The notes beneath the pieces are model-generated. The model saw nothing but the letters and a program-made list of their open reading frames with translations, made no database searches and was not told the origin of the DNA. From a virus (Duplodnaviria; Caudoviricetes), in IMG/VR virus record IMGVR_UViG_3300009566_000006, positions 1 through 56,345 of that record: DNA of 56,345 nt. One strand, written 5' to 3'. This document shows positions 48,055 to 56,345 of the stretch, in pieces (the first letter of the stretch is position 1; the number at the start of each line of letters is the position of its first letter). A program made the translations under genes and the position numbers.

Positions 48055-48650
48055 TCCAGAAACGGCAGCATTCCTAATTGAAAGGGAAATGGCTCCCGGA
48101 AGTGTAGCGGCGGTAATTCGGTTGTAAAAAGGGAAACCTTCTGAGGCTCTTATAATAGTCAGGGTGCGGCAAGTCCTATATCCCGTTGCTGGCCGTCTTC
48201 GGATCGTTGGCAGGCTTGAAGGGTAAGGAAGCGGGGAAGATTACAGTAAATTTAGCCGGACATTTGGAGTGGTAGAGGTGGGTAGCCGAAAGGCTTTGAT
48301 GTAAATGCCCGGCTCAGTTCGACCGGTCGGGGAACACAGATTAAGGTTATTTGAGCTTTCCTTTTTCTGATAGTACCCGGCCTACTTTAAGCTCTTTTGA
48401 ATATGGCCGGGAAGCTGGTGCAAGCAAACCGCTTTAATACATGCGGTCCAGGTGACGAAAAAGGCCCGGCCCTCAGTAATACGGGATAGCGGCGTGGAAA
48501 GCGGACACGCAAATTTTTACCGTTAGGCTATCGAAAAAGCCGAGTAGGATTAGCAACCTACCTATCCCGTTCTTGCTCATTTAATTTGCCATCTGGATCA
48601 ACCTCTCAGGGAGCTACCGGGGAGCTTCGGCAGGAATGCGGAATCCCCGG
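48055..48650 (+). ncRNA. Candidate structured non-coding RNA(s)
   Basis: No ORF of 60 aa or more; successive closed domains 48055-48203, 48254-48314, 48405-48471, 48481-48570 and 48617-48650 with GAAA/TTCG tetraloops. Confidence 0.6.
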
Positions 48651-48671
48651 AATTAATGAAGGAAACACAGT

Positions 48672-49019
48672 ATGGTTAATCAATGTTGTGAAGTCGTATA
48701 TGTCATTAAGGACGATCTAAAGCTTTGGAAAAAACCCTTTTTGTCTTTATGCGGAAAACAGAAATGTCCTGTATGCCAAAGATTCAGAGAATATGCGGAC
48801 CGTAATTCTTATGATTTTTTGCAGTACACAAAAGGGAGCAAGGTTCAATGGTTAATACCTGTTAACAAAAAAATCGAAGAAACAATTACTTCATTAAACG
48901 AAAAAGACAGGATCAGCTTTGTCCTTAAAATCCCTTCAAGTAAATTAATTCCTAAGTTTGTTTGCGAAAAGGATTCAATTTCCCTGGTCCATAAACGTTA
49001 TACAATTTGGCCGGATTAG
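48672..49019 (+). CDS. Hypothetical Cys-containing protein
   Basis: AAGGA RBS; CxxC. Confidence 0.5.
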   Translation: MVNQCCEVVYVIKDDLKLWKKPFLSLCGKQKCPVCQRFREYADRNSYDFLQYTKGSKVQWLIPVNKKIEETITSLNEKDRISFVLKIPSSKLIPKFVCEKDSISLVHKRYTIWPD

Positions 49020-49780
49020 AAATGAATCCCCGTATTGATTGTTACAAATTTATAACGTCCCATGAAAAATCTTATGGTTGTATGCCTAACATTTTTCGGG
49101 ACGAAAAGCGATTGCCGGACTTAACAAAAAAGAGGTATCCGGTTTATGGCTTTCATCTTGAAATACCTGAACCAGTTGAAACTCCTGAACCTGATTTTTG
49201 TTTTGAGACTGATAAAGAAAATGAAAGAAATTTTAAAATTTCAGCAATACTTGAGTTTTCTAAATCTCTTGCAATAGAAAGGATTAAGCATCTTTCTGAA
49301 CTTCCTAAAAGAGAGAAAAAGAAATTAGAAAAACTACTTCGGCTGGAAGAAGAAATAAAGGCACAAACATACCAAAGAAAACTACAGGCCATGAGCAAGG
49401 AACTTGGGAACGCTGAAATAACAAGATTGTTTCAGGAGTGTCTTAAAGAACTTCGAGAAGAACTTAAAATAGATGATTACGAAATGCAAGCAATGGACTA
49501 TTCGGAATGGGAAGTAATTTTAGATGAAGCAAAAAGAAGGGCCTGGAAAATATGTAAATTAGAACAGGATAAAATAAAAGAAGAAAGCAAAAAAGAAATT
49601 ATAGAACTTTCAAAATTATTATTTAAGAAAAAGAATAAGAATAAGGAACCTTTTATTGCTGATCCTAAAGAATTTAAAAAGCGCTTAAACAGGCTATGTT
49701 CAAAATTTCGCATAGACAGGGATTCTTTCAATGTTCCAGATATTACGATGTATAAAATAATCATTAATCATTATATGTAA
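49007..49780 (+). CDS. Hypothetical K/E-rich coiled-coil protein
   Basis: 257-aa AT-rich ORF. Confidence 0.55.
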   Translation: MAGLEMNPRIDCYKFITSHEKSYGCMPNIFRDEKRLPDLTKKRYPVYGFHLEIPEPVETPEPDFCFETDKENERNFKISAILEFSKSLAIERIKHLSELPKREKKKLEKLLRLEEEIKAQTYQRKLQAMSKELGNAEITRLFQECLKELREELKIDDYEMQAMDYSEWEVILDEAKRRAWKICKLEQDKIKEESKKEIIELSKLLFKKKNKNKEPFIADPKEFKKRLNRLCSKFRIDRDSFNVPDITMYKIIINHYM

Positions 49781-49791
49781 AAGGAGTATCA

Positions 49792-50070
49792 ATGCACCCC
49801 AAAATCAAACAGGCCATAGATAAAGCCAAAGATAAAACAAAACAGGCCATAAATAACACAGTGGACAAATTCTGTGTCCGCATTCTCCAATCAGACGAAT
49901 CCAGGGCCAAGAGGTTAGTTTCAACAGCCTACCCCGGCCGGAACATGTCAAAAAACCCGATCAGGAAAAAGAAAGAGGACCAGGAACAGGCGCCGACTCC
50001 GGAAAAGTTGATGGCAATGTGCGCTATGGCAGCTTCGTCTTATATTTACGTCAAAGCGCTTTTCTTTTAG
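49792..50070 (+). CDS. Hypothetical protein
   Basis: AAGGAG RBS. Confidence 0.55.
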   Translation: MHPKIKQAIDKAKDKTKQAINNTVDKFCVRILQSDESRAKRLVSTAYPGRNMSKNPIRKKKEDQEQAPTPEKLMAMCAMAASSYIYVKALFF

Positions 50071-50081
50071 AGGGGGGATAA

Positions 50082-50366
50082 ATGAAACAGCACAAATGCA
50101 CCATGCGGCAGGTCAGGGCGGCAGAGGATAGGGTTAAAAAGATAATCCGCGACAAGACTGTTCAGTACCGCGAAAAGGACCCCAAAGTACCGTGGGAAGT
50201 AGATGTTGAATGGAAGAAAAAACACCCGTGTCCAGGAGACAGACAAAGAGCCAGGGAGAATAAAGTCATTGGTTCAATCCAGGCTGAGGCCGATGAAATT
50301 CTCCATAACGCACGTATGGGTTTTCTCACAGCTGAAGAATTAGACAAACAAATTTCAAAACTCTGA
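50082..50366 (+). CDS. Hypothetical protein
   Basis: GAGGGGG RBS. Confidence 0.55.
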   Translation: MKQHKCTMRQVRAAEDRVKKIIRDKTVQYREKDPKVPWEVDVEWKKKHPCPGDRQRARENKVIGSIQAEADEILHNARMGFLTAEELDKQISKL

Positions 50367-50639
50367 GGGTTCACATGACAAACGCAGAATTAGACGAAAT
50401 CGAAGAAATGTATTTGAAGCACAGCAACACAGCTGCCGGGAAGCGCATTCTGAAGCTGGTAGAATACTGCCGGGATCTGAAAGAAGAAAACAAAAAGTTG
50501 CTGAACAATGAAGATATTTAAATCCCTGCTTTCAGTCCTGGGGATTCTCCTGACCTTGTTGGGATTAATTGTCATGGCTGTGATTGACGGGGTTATCCAG
50601 CTGGTGAAGTTCAAAAAGAAAGGCGGATACAGAAATTGA

Positions 50640-50962
50640 ATGAGAAATATATCAACGTTCCAATATCCGCAGCAAAGAGGATCGCTGAAGAATTCCAAAA
50701 GGACCAGGTTATTATTGTCTGTTGGGACCAGGTCCACGGCAAAACGCACGTAACCACTTACGGCAAAACAAAGATTGATTGCGCACAAGCAGCACAGGGC
50801 GGGAATTTCGTAAAACGGGCTCTTGGCTGGCCGGAGGAGCTTTGCCACGCTAAACCGGCCCGGATTTCACAAGAGGAAATGGACCAGGCGCAAGGGAATC
50901 CGGGAATTCATAAGCACACTTCCATATATCGTGATCCTAAGCACGTCCCTAAGCCATCGTAA
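50640..50962 (+). CDS. Conserved-looking phage protein (start approximate)
   Basis: VPISAAKRIA...DQVII...HVTTYG pattern. Confidence 0.55.
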
Positions 50963-51042
50963 TCATTAAGATATAAATTACATTGATAAGCACCCCTAAA
51001 TATAATATACCTTCCAGACAAATCCGAGTCGGGGGTTGGTGC

Positions 51043-52227
51043 ATGAAGGGGAAAATCCTTGAATTCCGTGGCAACAAAGAACATCCGATAAGATATGCGA
51101 TACGGATCTCCTGGAACGGAACAGATTATAAATTTTGGCATTACCCCGATGGATCAGGGGACCCTATCTATCACAGGGACATTGCCGAAGCTTTACTAAC
51201 ACAGGTCAGGGGCGCCATTGACCTGCATAATAAGGGGCGCTTCACATTCCGGCCTGAGTTTTATCAAAAGAAATCTCCACTATCCTTAGAGGCATATGCA
51301 AAAGTTTGGCTTGATTCATATCCGGCCAGTAAAAAAATGACAAAGAAGGGCTACCGGGCCGCGATCAAGCATGCAATAGAGTATGAAGGATTCGGGGCAA
51401 AGTTCGATATCAGGGGATTTAGCCTATCCAATCTTCAAACCTTTTATAACAAGCTCACTTATCAAAAAACAGAAACAGGCGAAAACGGGGAAAAGAAAAC
51501 CGTCACCCTGCCTATGTCCGTAAAGGGTAGGTATAACGTCCTGACAGCGATTAAAACAATGCTGCGGTATGCTTTCCGGGACGGCAAGCTTGACAAATTG
51601 CCGGCGTTCCCGGTACTGGAAAATCCCGCCCCCTTGGACACCCCTTATTTGATATTCCAAGAGCAACAGGAAATTCTTTCGCACATTCCCGAACGTCACA
51701 GGCCGATCTATGAAATGGGTATGGAGTACGGCTTTAGAATTGAAGAAGTCCGGGCCTTGAAGTGGGATTGCATTTCTGAAACCCATATTACAATAAGGCG
51801 CTCCATGCCGGAATATGAACTTTTGGAAACCACAAAAGAAGGTGACGCAAGGGTTGAAGAAATCACGACCAGGGCGCGGGATATTCTGAGAAGGGCCAGG
51901 CTAAACCCGAGTTGGAAGGGTTACGTTTTTACAGCCTCAAAACGGGGGGCTCCCTATGATTATAAATTCATGGCGCGGACCTGGAAAGCGGCCTGTGAAA
52001 AAGTAGGAATCGAAATCAAGATGTATAACGGATTCCGGCATTCATACTGCGGCCAGCTGGCAGATTTGGGAATACCGGCCGAAACAATCCAAAGGTGCGT
52101 AGGCCATAAAGACAGGCGTTCAACGGAAAGATATACCAGGCGGCAGAGAGCTTCAGAAAGAAGGGCAATTAACGAAATGCGCGGCCAGGTGATTCCTATC
52201 AACAAAAAGACTGTAGACATTTTGTAG
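51043..52227 (+). CDS. int: Prophage tyrosine integrase
   Basis: GFRIEE, YNGFRH, VGH and TERY motifs; next to the att core. Confidence 0.95.
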   Translation: MKGKILEFRGNKEHPIRYAIRISWNGTDYKFWHYPDGSGDPIYHRDIAEALLTQVRGAIDLHNKGRFTFRPEFYQKKSPLSLEAYAKVWLDSYPASKKMTKKGYRAAIKHAIEYEGFGAKFDIRGFSLSNLQTFYNKLTYQKTETGENGEKKTVTLPMSVKGRYNVLTAIKTMLRYAFRDGKLDKLPAFPVLENPAPLDTPYLIFQEQQEILSHIPERHRPIYEMGMEYGFRIEEVRALKWDCISETHITIRRSMPEYELLETTKEGDARVEEITTRARDILRRARLNPSWKGYVFTASKRGAPYDYKFMARTWKAACEKVGIEIKMYNGFRHSYCGQLADLGIPAETIQRCVGHKDRRSTERYTRRQRASERRAINEMRGQVIPINKKTVDIL

Positions 52228-52242
52228 ACAGTCTTTTTAAAT

Positions 52243-52268
52243 AAAAAACCCCGTGAAATTACGGGGTT
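52243..52268. terminator. Hairpin terminator between the integrase and tRNA-Arg
   Basis: AACCCCGT-GAAATT-ACGGGGTT with a T-run on the minus strand. Confidence 0.7.
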
Positions 52269-52271
52269 AGG

Positions 52272-52348
52272 TGGTGCGCCTGGAAGGACTCGAACCCTCG
52301 ACGCTTAGATCCGAAGTCTAACGCTCTATCCAACTGAGCTACAGGCGC
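52272..52348 (-). tRNA. tRNA-Arg(TCG), prophage integration target
   Basis: GCGCCTGTAGCTCAGTTGGATAGAGCGTTAGACT-TCG-GATCTAA...GCGCACCA. Confidence 0.97.
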
Positions 52349-52381
52349 ATTTGTTTATGCGACGGCAATACCGTTTATTTT

Positions 52382-52458
52382 TGGGGTGAGTGATGGGACT
52401 CGAACCCACAGCCTTCGGGGCCACAACCCGACACTCTAACCATTGAGCTACACCCACC
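52382..52458 (-). tRNA. tRNA-His(GTG)
   Basis: G(-1)GTGGGTGTAGCTCAATGG...GGTT-GTG-GCCCCGA...CACCCCA. Confidence 0.96.
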
Positions 52459-52476
52459 ATATTATAAAGATCTTAT

Positions 52477-52553
52477 TGGCGCGCCTGCAGGGACTCGAAC
52501 CCCGAACCCTCTGCTTAGAAGGCAGATGCTCTATCCTGCTGAGCTACAGGCGC
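52477..52553 (-). tRNA. tRNA-Arg(TCT)
   Basis: GCGCCTGTAGCTCAGCAGGATAGAGCATCTGCCT-TCT-AAGCAGA...GCGCGCCA. Confidence 0.97.
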
Positions 52554-52661
52554 GTTGAAAGAGGGTTTTTTAACGTTTTTTGCCTCGCAAGTCAAGTTCA
52601 AAGGTCTTTTCCGGAGGTAAAACGCCCGGTTTCGTCGACTCTCTTTCATAGCGAAAAGATT

Positions 52662-52794
52662 GTAGGGGCAGGTCTCAGACCCGCCCGCATTATTTTAATG
52701 ACCGACGCAGCCGGGCGGGCTTAAAACCCGCCCCTTGGGCACTCTATTATGTTCCTCATGTGACCTCCCCCTGCACCCCCTCCAGAGGGGGACA
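52662..52794. repeat. GTAG-type REP pair (REPIN-like) plus a C/G-rich palindromic repeat
   Basis: GTAGGGGCAGGTCTCAGACCCGCCC and inverted GGGCGGGCTTAAAACCCGCCCCT, then CCCCCTCCAGAGGGGG. Confidence 0.6.
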
Positions 52795-53069
52795 ATGCTT
52801 TGGGTTCTTCATTTCATCTCATCTTAATAACTTGATTTTTCTTCGGAAAGGATTTTTTGCAAGGTTTTTACTCGGGTTCCAGGATGTCCTGAAGGGTCAT
52901 GAGCTTCTCGACTATGGCCCGGGCCAGCTCCTTTTCGGGGATGTGCGCCAGGTCGACTGAAAGCCCGCCAACCAGGACCCACTTGCGGGCCGGGCCGCCG
53001 GTTTGAAACCGGCCCCTTCAATCCGAGCCGGCGGGCATGACAAATCGGCTGAGATTTGACGATTTCCTA

Positions 53070-54521
53070 TTAACCCTTTATCCCCGCAATTTCCCTGGCC
53101 AGTTTCTTCTTGTACTCGAGGTTGCCCTGGCGAGAGATCATTATCCTCTGGGCCTGGGGCGAGCCCGCGCCGTGCATTGACTCCGTCCGGTAGCCCACTG
53201 CGGCCGTGCCGAGGGTGATGTTCTCAATGAGCCTCAGGACCCGGCACCTGTATTCCGTCGGGACCGACGGCACGCCCCGCAGGTACTTCTCGATGATCTT
53301 CCCAATCTCGGGGTTCTTCAGGTCCTTTTCCGAAGGCATGGTTACCATGAGCCCGCCGGCAATGTCCTCCGCGAGCCTGGCGATTTCATAGGGGTAGCGG
53401 GTCACGTTCTGTTTGCAGACGTTGGCGAGCAGCAGGTCGATCAGGTAATTGCCGGAGGCCGTCTTGCAGCCCTCGGCGGAACAGGCGATCCCGCAGGCAT
53501 ACAGCGTCTCGTTGAGGTGCATCATTTCGATGAGCTTGTCCTTCACGTGAGAGGCCTTGGCCGCGCCGTTGAACTCCGCTGCCAGGGCAGCCGCCCCGAT
53601 GAGCACGTCCCCGACCCCGACTTTGCAGCCGCCGTAGCTCTGGCGGTGGTAGCCGGCAAAACGCTCCACCAGGGCCCCGCTGAATTCGTATTCGCCGCAC
53701 ATGAAGACGTTCTCCCAGGGGACGAACAGGTCGTCGAAGACCATGAGCGCCTCGTGGCCGCCGAACTGGGGATTGCCCACGTCGATCTCGCCGCCTTCGA
53801 GCTTGCGCGTGTCGCAGGACTGGCGGCCGTAGATGTACATTATACCTTCTGCGTCGGCGGGGGCGACAAAGGACACGGCATAGTCGCTGTCCTCTTTCGT
53901 CATGGTGCTCGTGGGCATCACAAGGATCCAGTGCGAGTTGATGGCGCCGGTCTGGTGGGCCTTCGCGCCGCGCACTACGATCCCGTCCTTTCTCTTTTCC
54001 ACCACGCGGGTGTATAGGTCCGGGTCGGCCTGTTTGGCGGGAGAAAGCGCCCGGTCGCCTTTGGGGTCCGTCATGGCGCCGTCCACGGTCAGGTCTTCCT
54101 TCTGCATCATGAGCAGGAATTTCGTGAACCGCTCGTAGTAGTTGGTGCCGAGCTTCTTGTCCATTTCGAACGTGACGCTGTCCACGGCGTTGATGGCGTC
54201 CATGCCAACGCAGCGCTGGAAACAGGCGCCCGTCCTCTGTCCCATGAGCCTCTGCATCTTAACCTTTTTAATCAGGTCTTCGGTGCTGCGATGGATGTGG
54301 CAGAAGCGGTTGATCTTCTCGCCGGTGAGGTGCGACGTGGCGGTCATCAGGTCTTCGTGCAGGGGATCCTGCGCGAGGGCGTACGTCATCTTGACCGAGT
54401 TCATGGACGGGCGGATGATCGGGTTGTCGACGGGGTTCTCGACCCGCTCGCCCATGAGATATACCTTGAACTTCATCCTGCGCAGGCTTTCCTCGTATTG
54501 CTCCGGTGTCATCAGTGCCAT
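53070..54521 (-). CDS. abfD: 4-hydroxybutyryl-CoA dehydratase / vinylacetyl-CoA isomerase
   Basis: Fe-S ligands CFQRC and H..SYGGC; AMTDPKGDR; ESMHGAGSP; 483 aa. Confidence 0.9.
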   Translation of the reverse strand: MALMTPEQYEESLRRMKFKVYLMGERVENPVDNPIIRPSMNSVKMTYALAQDPLHEDLMTATSHLTGEKINRFCHIHRSTEDLIKKVKMQRLMGQRTGACFQRCVGMDAINAVDSVTFEMDKKLGTNYYERFTKFLLMMQKEDLTVDGAMTDPKGDRALSPAKQADPDLYTRVVEKRKDGIVVRGAKAHQTGAINSHWILVMPTSTMTKEDSDYAVSFVAPADAEGIMYIYGRQSCDTRKLEGGEIDVGNPQFGGHEALMVFDDLFVPWENVFMCGEYEFSGALVERFAGYHRQSYGGCKVGVGDVLIGAAALAAEFNGAAKASHVKDKLIEMMHLNETLYACGIACSAEGCKTASGNYLIDLLLANVCKQNVTRYPYEIARLAEDIAGGLMVTMPSEKDLKNPEIGKIIEKYLRGVPSVPTEYRCRVLRLIENITLGTAAVGYRTESMHGAGSPQAQRIMISRQGNLEYKKKLAREIAGIKG

Positions 54522-54619
54522 GATCGATCACTCCTTTTATAATAAATTTGGACGACGTCTAGGCGGCCAAGCCGCATGCGGGCAGGCATCACCTCTTTTT
54601 CCTGACATGGAAAAGGTAG

Positions 54620-55789
54620 TTACTTGCAGAGGTTCAGCACCTCCGTGATGACGTCTTTCGTGTATGCCTTCATTCCCCAGACAGCCGCGGTGTTCGCGGC
54701 ATTGCCGGCTATTTTTTCGATGTCGCCTTCCGGTATCTTTGCCCCTTTCAGGGATACGGGGCTGCCGATCGAGGCGAACCAGGATTTCAGGGCGGCGATC
54801 CCCGCGAGGGCCGTCTCCATCTCGCCGGACTTGTTGATATTGAAAACCTCCCGGGCGAGGCGCGCGAATTTTGCCGGGCCTTTTTTAACGGCGTACTGCA
54901 TCCACCCGGGCAGCACGATGCTCAGGCCCGCTCCGTGGGCGATGTCGTACAGGGCGCTCAGGGAGTGCTCGATCATGTGGGCGGGGTAGCTCACAAAGCC
55001 CATGCCCGCGGTCGTGGTGCCGTTAAAGCCCAGGGTCGCCGACCACATTATATTTGCCCTCGCGTTGTAATTCTGCGGGTCCTTGAGGACGGTTTCCGTG
55101 CTCTCCATGACCGTATTCATCAGGCCTTCCACAAGCCTGTCCTGCAGCGGGCTTTCGGGCTCGCGGTTATTGAAGTACCCTTCGAGCATGTGCGTGATTA
55201 TATCGACGGTGCCGTACGCCGTATAATGGGGCGAGAGCGTGAACAATGCCGTCGGGTCGAGGATCGAGGTCTTCGGCTGAATGAAGGGCGAGTTGATGGC
55301 CAGCTTCTGGGCACCCTCCTCTTTCGTGATCACCGCGCCGTTGTTCATCTCCGAGGCGCTCGCCGACAGGGTGAGGACCGTGAGTACGGGCAGGGCCCCG
55401 GTGATCTTTTTCTTGAAGATGAAGAAATCCCAGATGTCGTCGCCCGGCGCGGCCGTCACGCCCGCCGCGATCGTCTTCGCTTCGTCGATGACGCTTCCGC
55501 CGCCGACGGCAATGACGACGTCCGCCTTTTCCTTGCGGGCCGCCTCTATGCCCTTGAGCGTATGGGAAAGCACGGGGTTCGATCTGACTCCGCCGAATTC
55601 CGCAAAGGGGATTTTGGCATCGTTCAGAGACGCAACAACCTGGTCCCAGGTCCCGTGTTTTTTGACGCTGCCCCGGCCGTAAACCAGCAGCGCCTTCGTC
55701 CCGAACCGCGCGGCCTCGCCGCCGATGCGGGCAATCATGCCTTTGCCGAACAGGATCCTGGTGGGGTTTTCAAACGTGAAATTCTGCAT
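54620..55789 (-). CDS. Iron-containing alcohol dehydrogenase (butanol dehydrogenase-like)
   Basis: NPTRILFG, AVGGGSVID, HMIEH and AHGAGL motifs. Confidence 0.92.
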   Translation of the reverse strand: MQNFTFENPTRILFGKGMIARIGGEAARFGTKALLVYGRGSVKKHGTWDQVVASLNDAKIPFAEFGGVRSNPVLSHTLKGIEAARKEKADVVIAVGGGSVIDEAKTIAAGVTAAPGDDIWDFFIFKKKITGALPVLTVLTLSASASEMNNGAVITKEEGAQKLAINSPFIQPKTSILDPTALFTLSPHYTAYGTVDIITHMLEGYFNNREPESPLQDRLVEGLMNTVMESTETVLKDPQNYNARANIMWSATLGFNGTTTAGMGFVSYPAHMIEHSLSALYDIAHGAGLSIVLPGWMQYAVKKGPAKFARLAREVFNINKSGEMETALAGIAALKSWFASIGSPVSLKGAKIPEGDIEKIAGNAANTAAVWGMKAYTKDVITEVLNLCK

Positions 55790-55984
55790 GCGAAGATTCC
55801 TCCCGATGGTATGATCAAAATATTATCCTGCAATAAACGGTTTAATAACGTAAGAGCGCGAACGGTTTGATAAAAGCTGGATAGCGCCGGGGCGGACTTG
55901 CGCAGCCTGGGGCAGCGGCCCGCGCGACATCAATTCGGATATTCACATTTCCACAGCGCAAATATTATTTCAAGCGCAAATCGG

Positions 55985-56345
55985 CTACTTAACGTAACCC
56001 ACTATGCCCTGGTAGAGGAACTTGGCTTTCGGGAGATTCTCCCCCCTGGGGTCGAGGGTATAGGTATGTATCCCGGTGGACTGGTTGTACCAGTGGTAAA
56101 GCTCGCGCGTCCCGGGCAGGCGCGTCGTGGCGATATTACCGATCGGGCCTTCCAGGACGTATCCGCGCGTGAACTTGTCGCCCTCGCGGCTGGTGGTGTA
56201 ATAATGGTTGGCATTTGACCGGCTGTACCAGCGGCAGAGCGGCCGGGTCCCCGGAGTGTCCTCGCGGAACAGGTTGAACGCCAATGCCCTGCCCGCGTAC
56301 CCGGCCGTCTTCCTGGGGCTCTCAGCCGAAGGGTTGGAGGAATAA
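55985..56345 (-). CDS. C-terminal part of a DUF5648-like repeat protein (start probably outside the window)
   Basis: Repeats PLCRWY...HYYTT and ELYHWY...HTYT, ending YQGIVGY. Confidence 0.6.
   Translation of the reverse strand, partial: YSSNPSAESPRKTAGYAGRALAFNLFREDTPGTRPLCRWYSRSNANHYYTTSREGDKFTRGYVLEGPIGNIATTRLPGTRELYHWYNQSTGIHTYTLDPRGENLPKAKFLYQGIVGYVK

Larger units (their letters stand above)
2473..52299. mobile_element. Prophage, contractile-tailed (myovirus-like), apparently complete
   Basis: 28-bp direct repeats at both ends; integrase, terminase, portal, capsid, sheath/tube, baseplate, lysis and replication genes. Confidence 0.95.

Noticed and set aside
48367-48420. Second hammerhead (CTGATAG...stem...GAAG)
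   Set aside because: The core deviates from CUGANGA/GAAA and stems I and III cannot be formed
48510-48522. Antisense match of the cloverleaf linker to the portal leader (27296-27308)
   Set aside because: Only 8 contiguous matching bases in T-rich sequence; expected by chance
54935-55870. Long antisense ORFs over host and capsid genes (also 23281-24636 and 26208-26756)
   Set aside because: Opposite-strand shadows of well-supported genes, with no recognisable motifs

Overview
The window holds three things. (i) 1-2272 is the right end of an integrative element (ParB-like fragment, excisionase, tyrosine integrase) abutting the 3' end of tRNA-Lys(CTT). (ii) 2473-52299 is an apparently complete ~49.8 kb temperate myovirus-type prophage, bounded by a 28-bp duplication of the 3' end of tRNA-Arg(TCG). 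It has lysis, tail, head, packaging, early accessory, replication/recombination, immunity and integrase modules, plus a BcgI-like type IIB restriction-modification island inserted in the baseplate operon. (iii) 52272-56345 is host DNA: a tRNA cluster, REP-like repeats, 4-hydroxybutyryl-CoA dehydratase and an Fe-alcohol dehydrogenase, consistent with an anaerobe, possibly a syntrophic deltaproteobacterium (inference). The most notable unexplained signals are an ~800-nt ORF-poor locus behind a consensus promoter (47835-48670) containing a canonical type I hammerhead ribozyme, a Met-Arg-stop minigene and several closed RNA domains including a tRNA-like fold, and an 18-bp palindrome (ATAAGCACnnGTGCTTAT) present at least 14 times across the prophage, in promoters and directly on translation starts. 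All calls are by eye; no database search or folding program was run.
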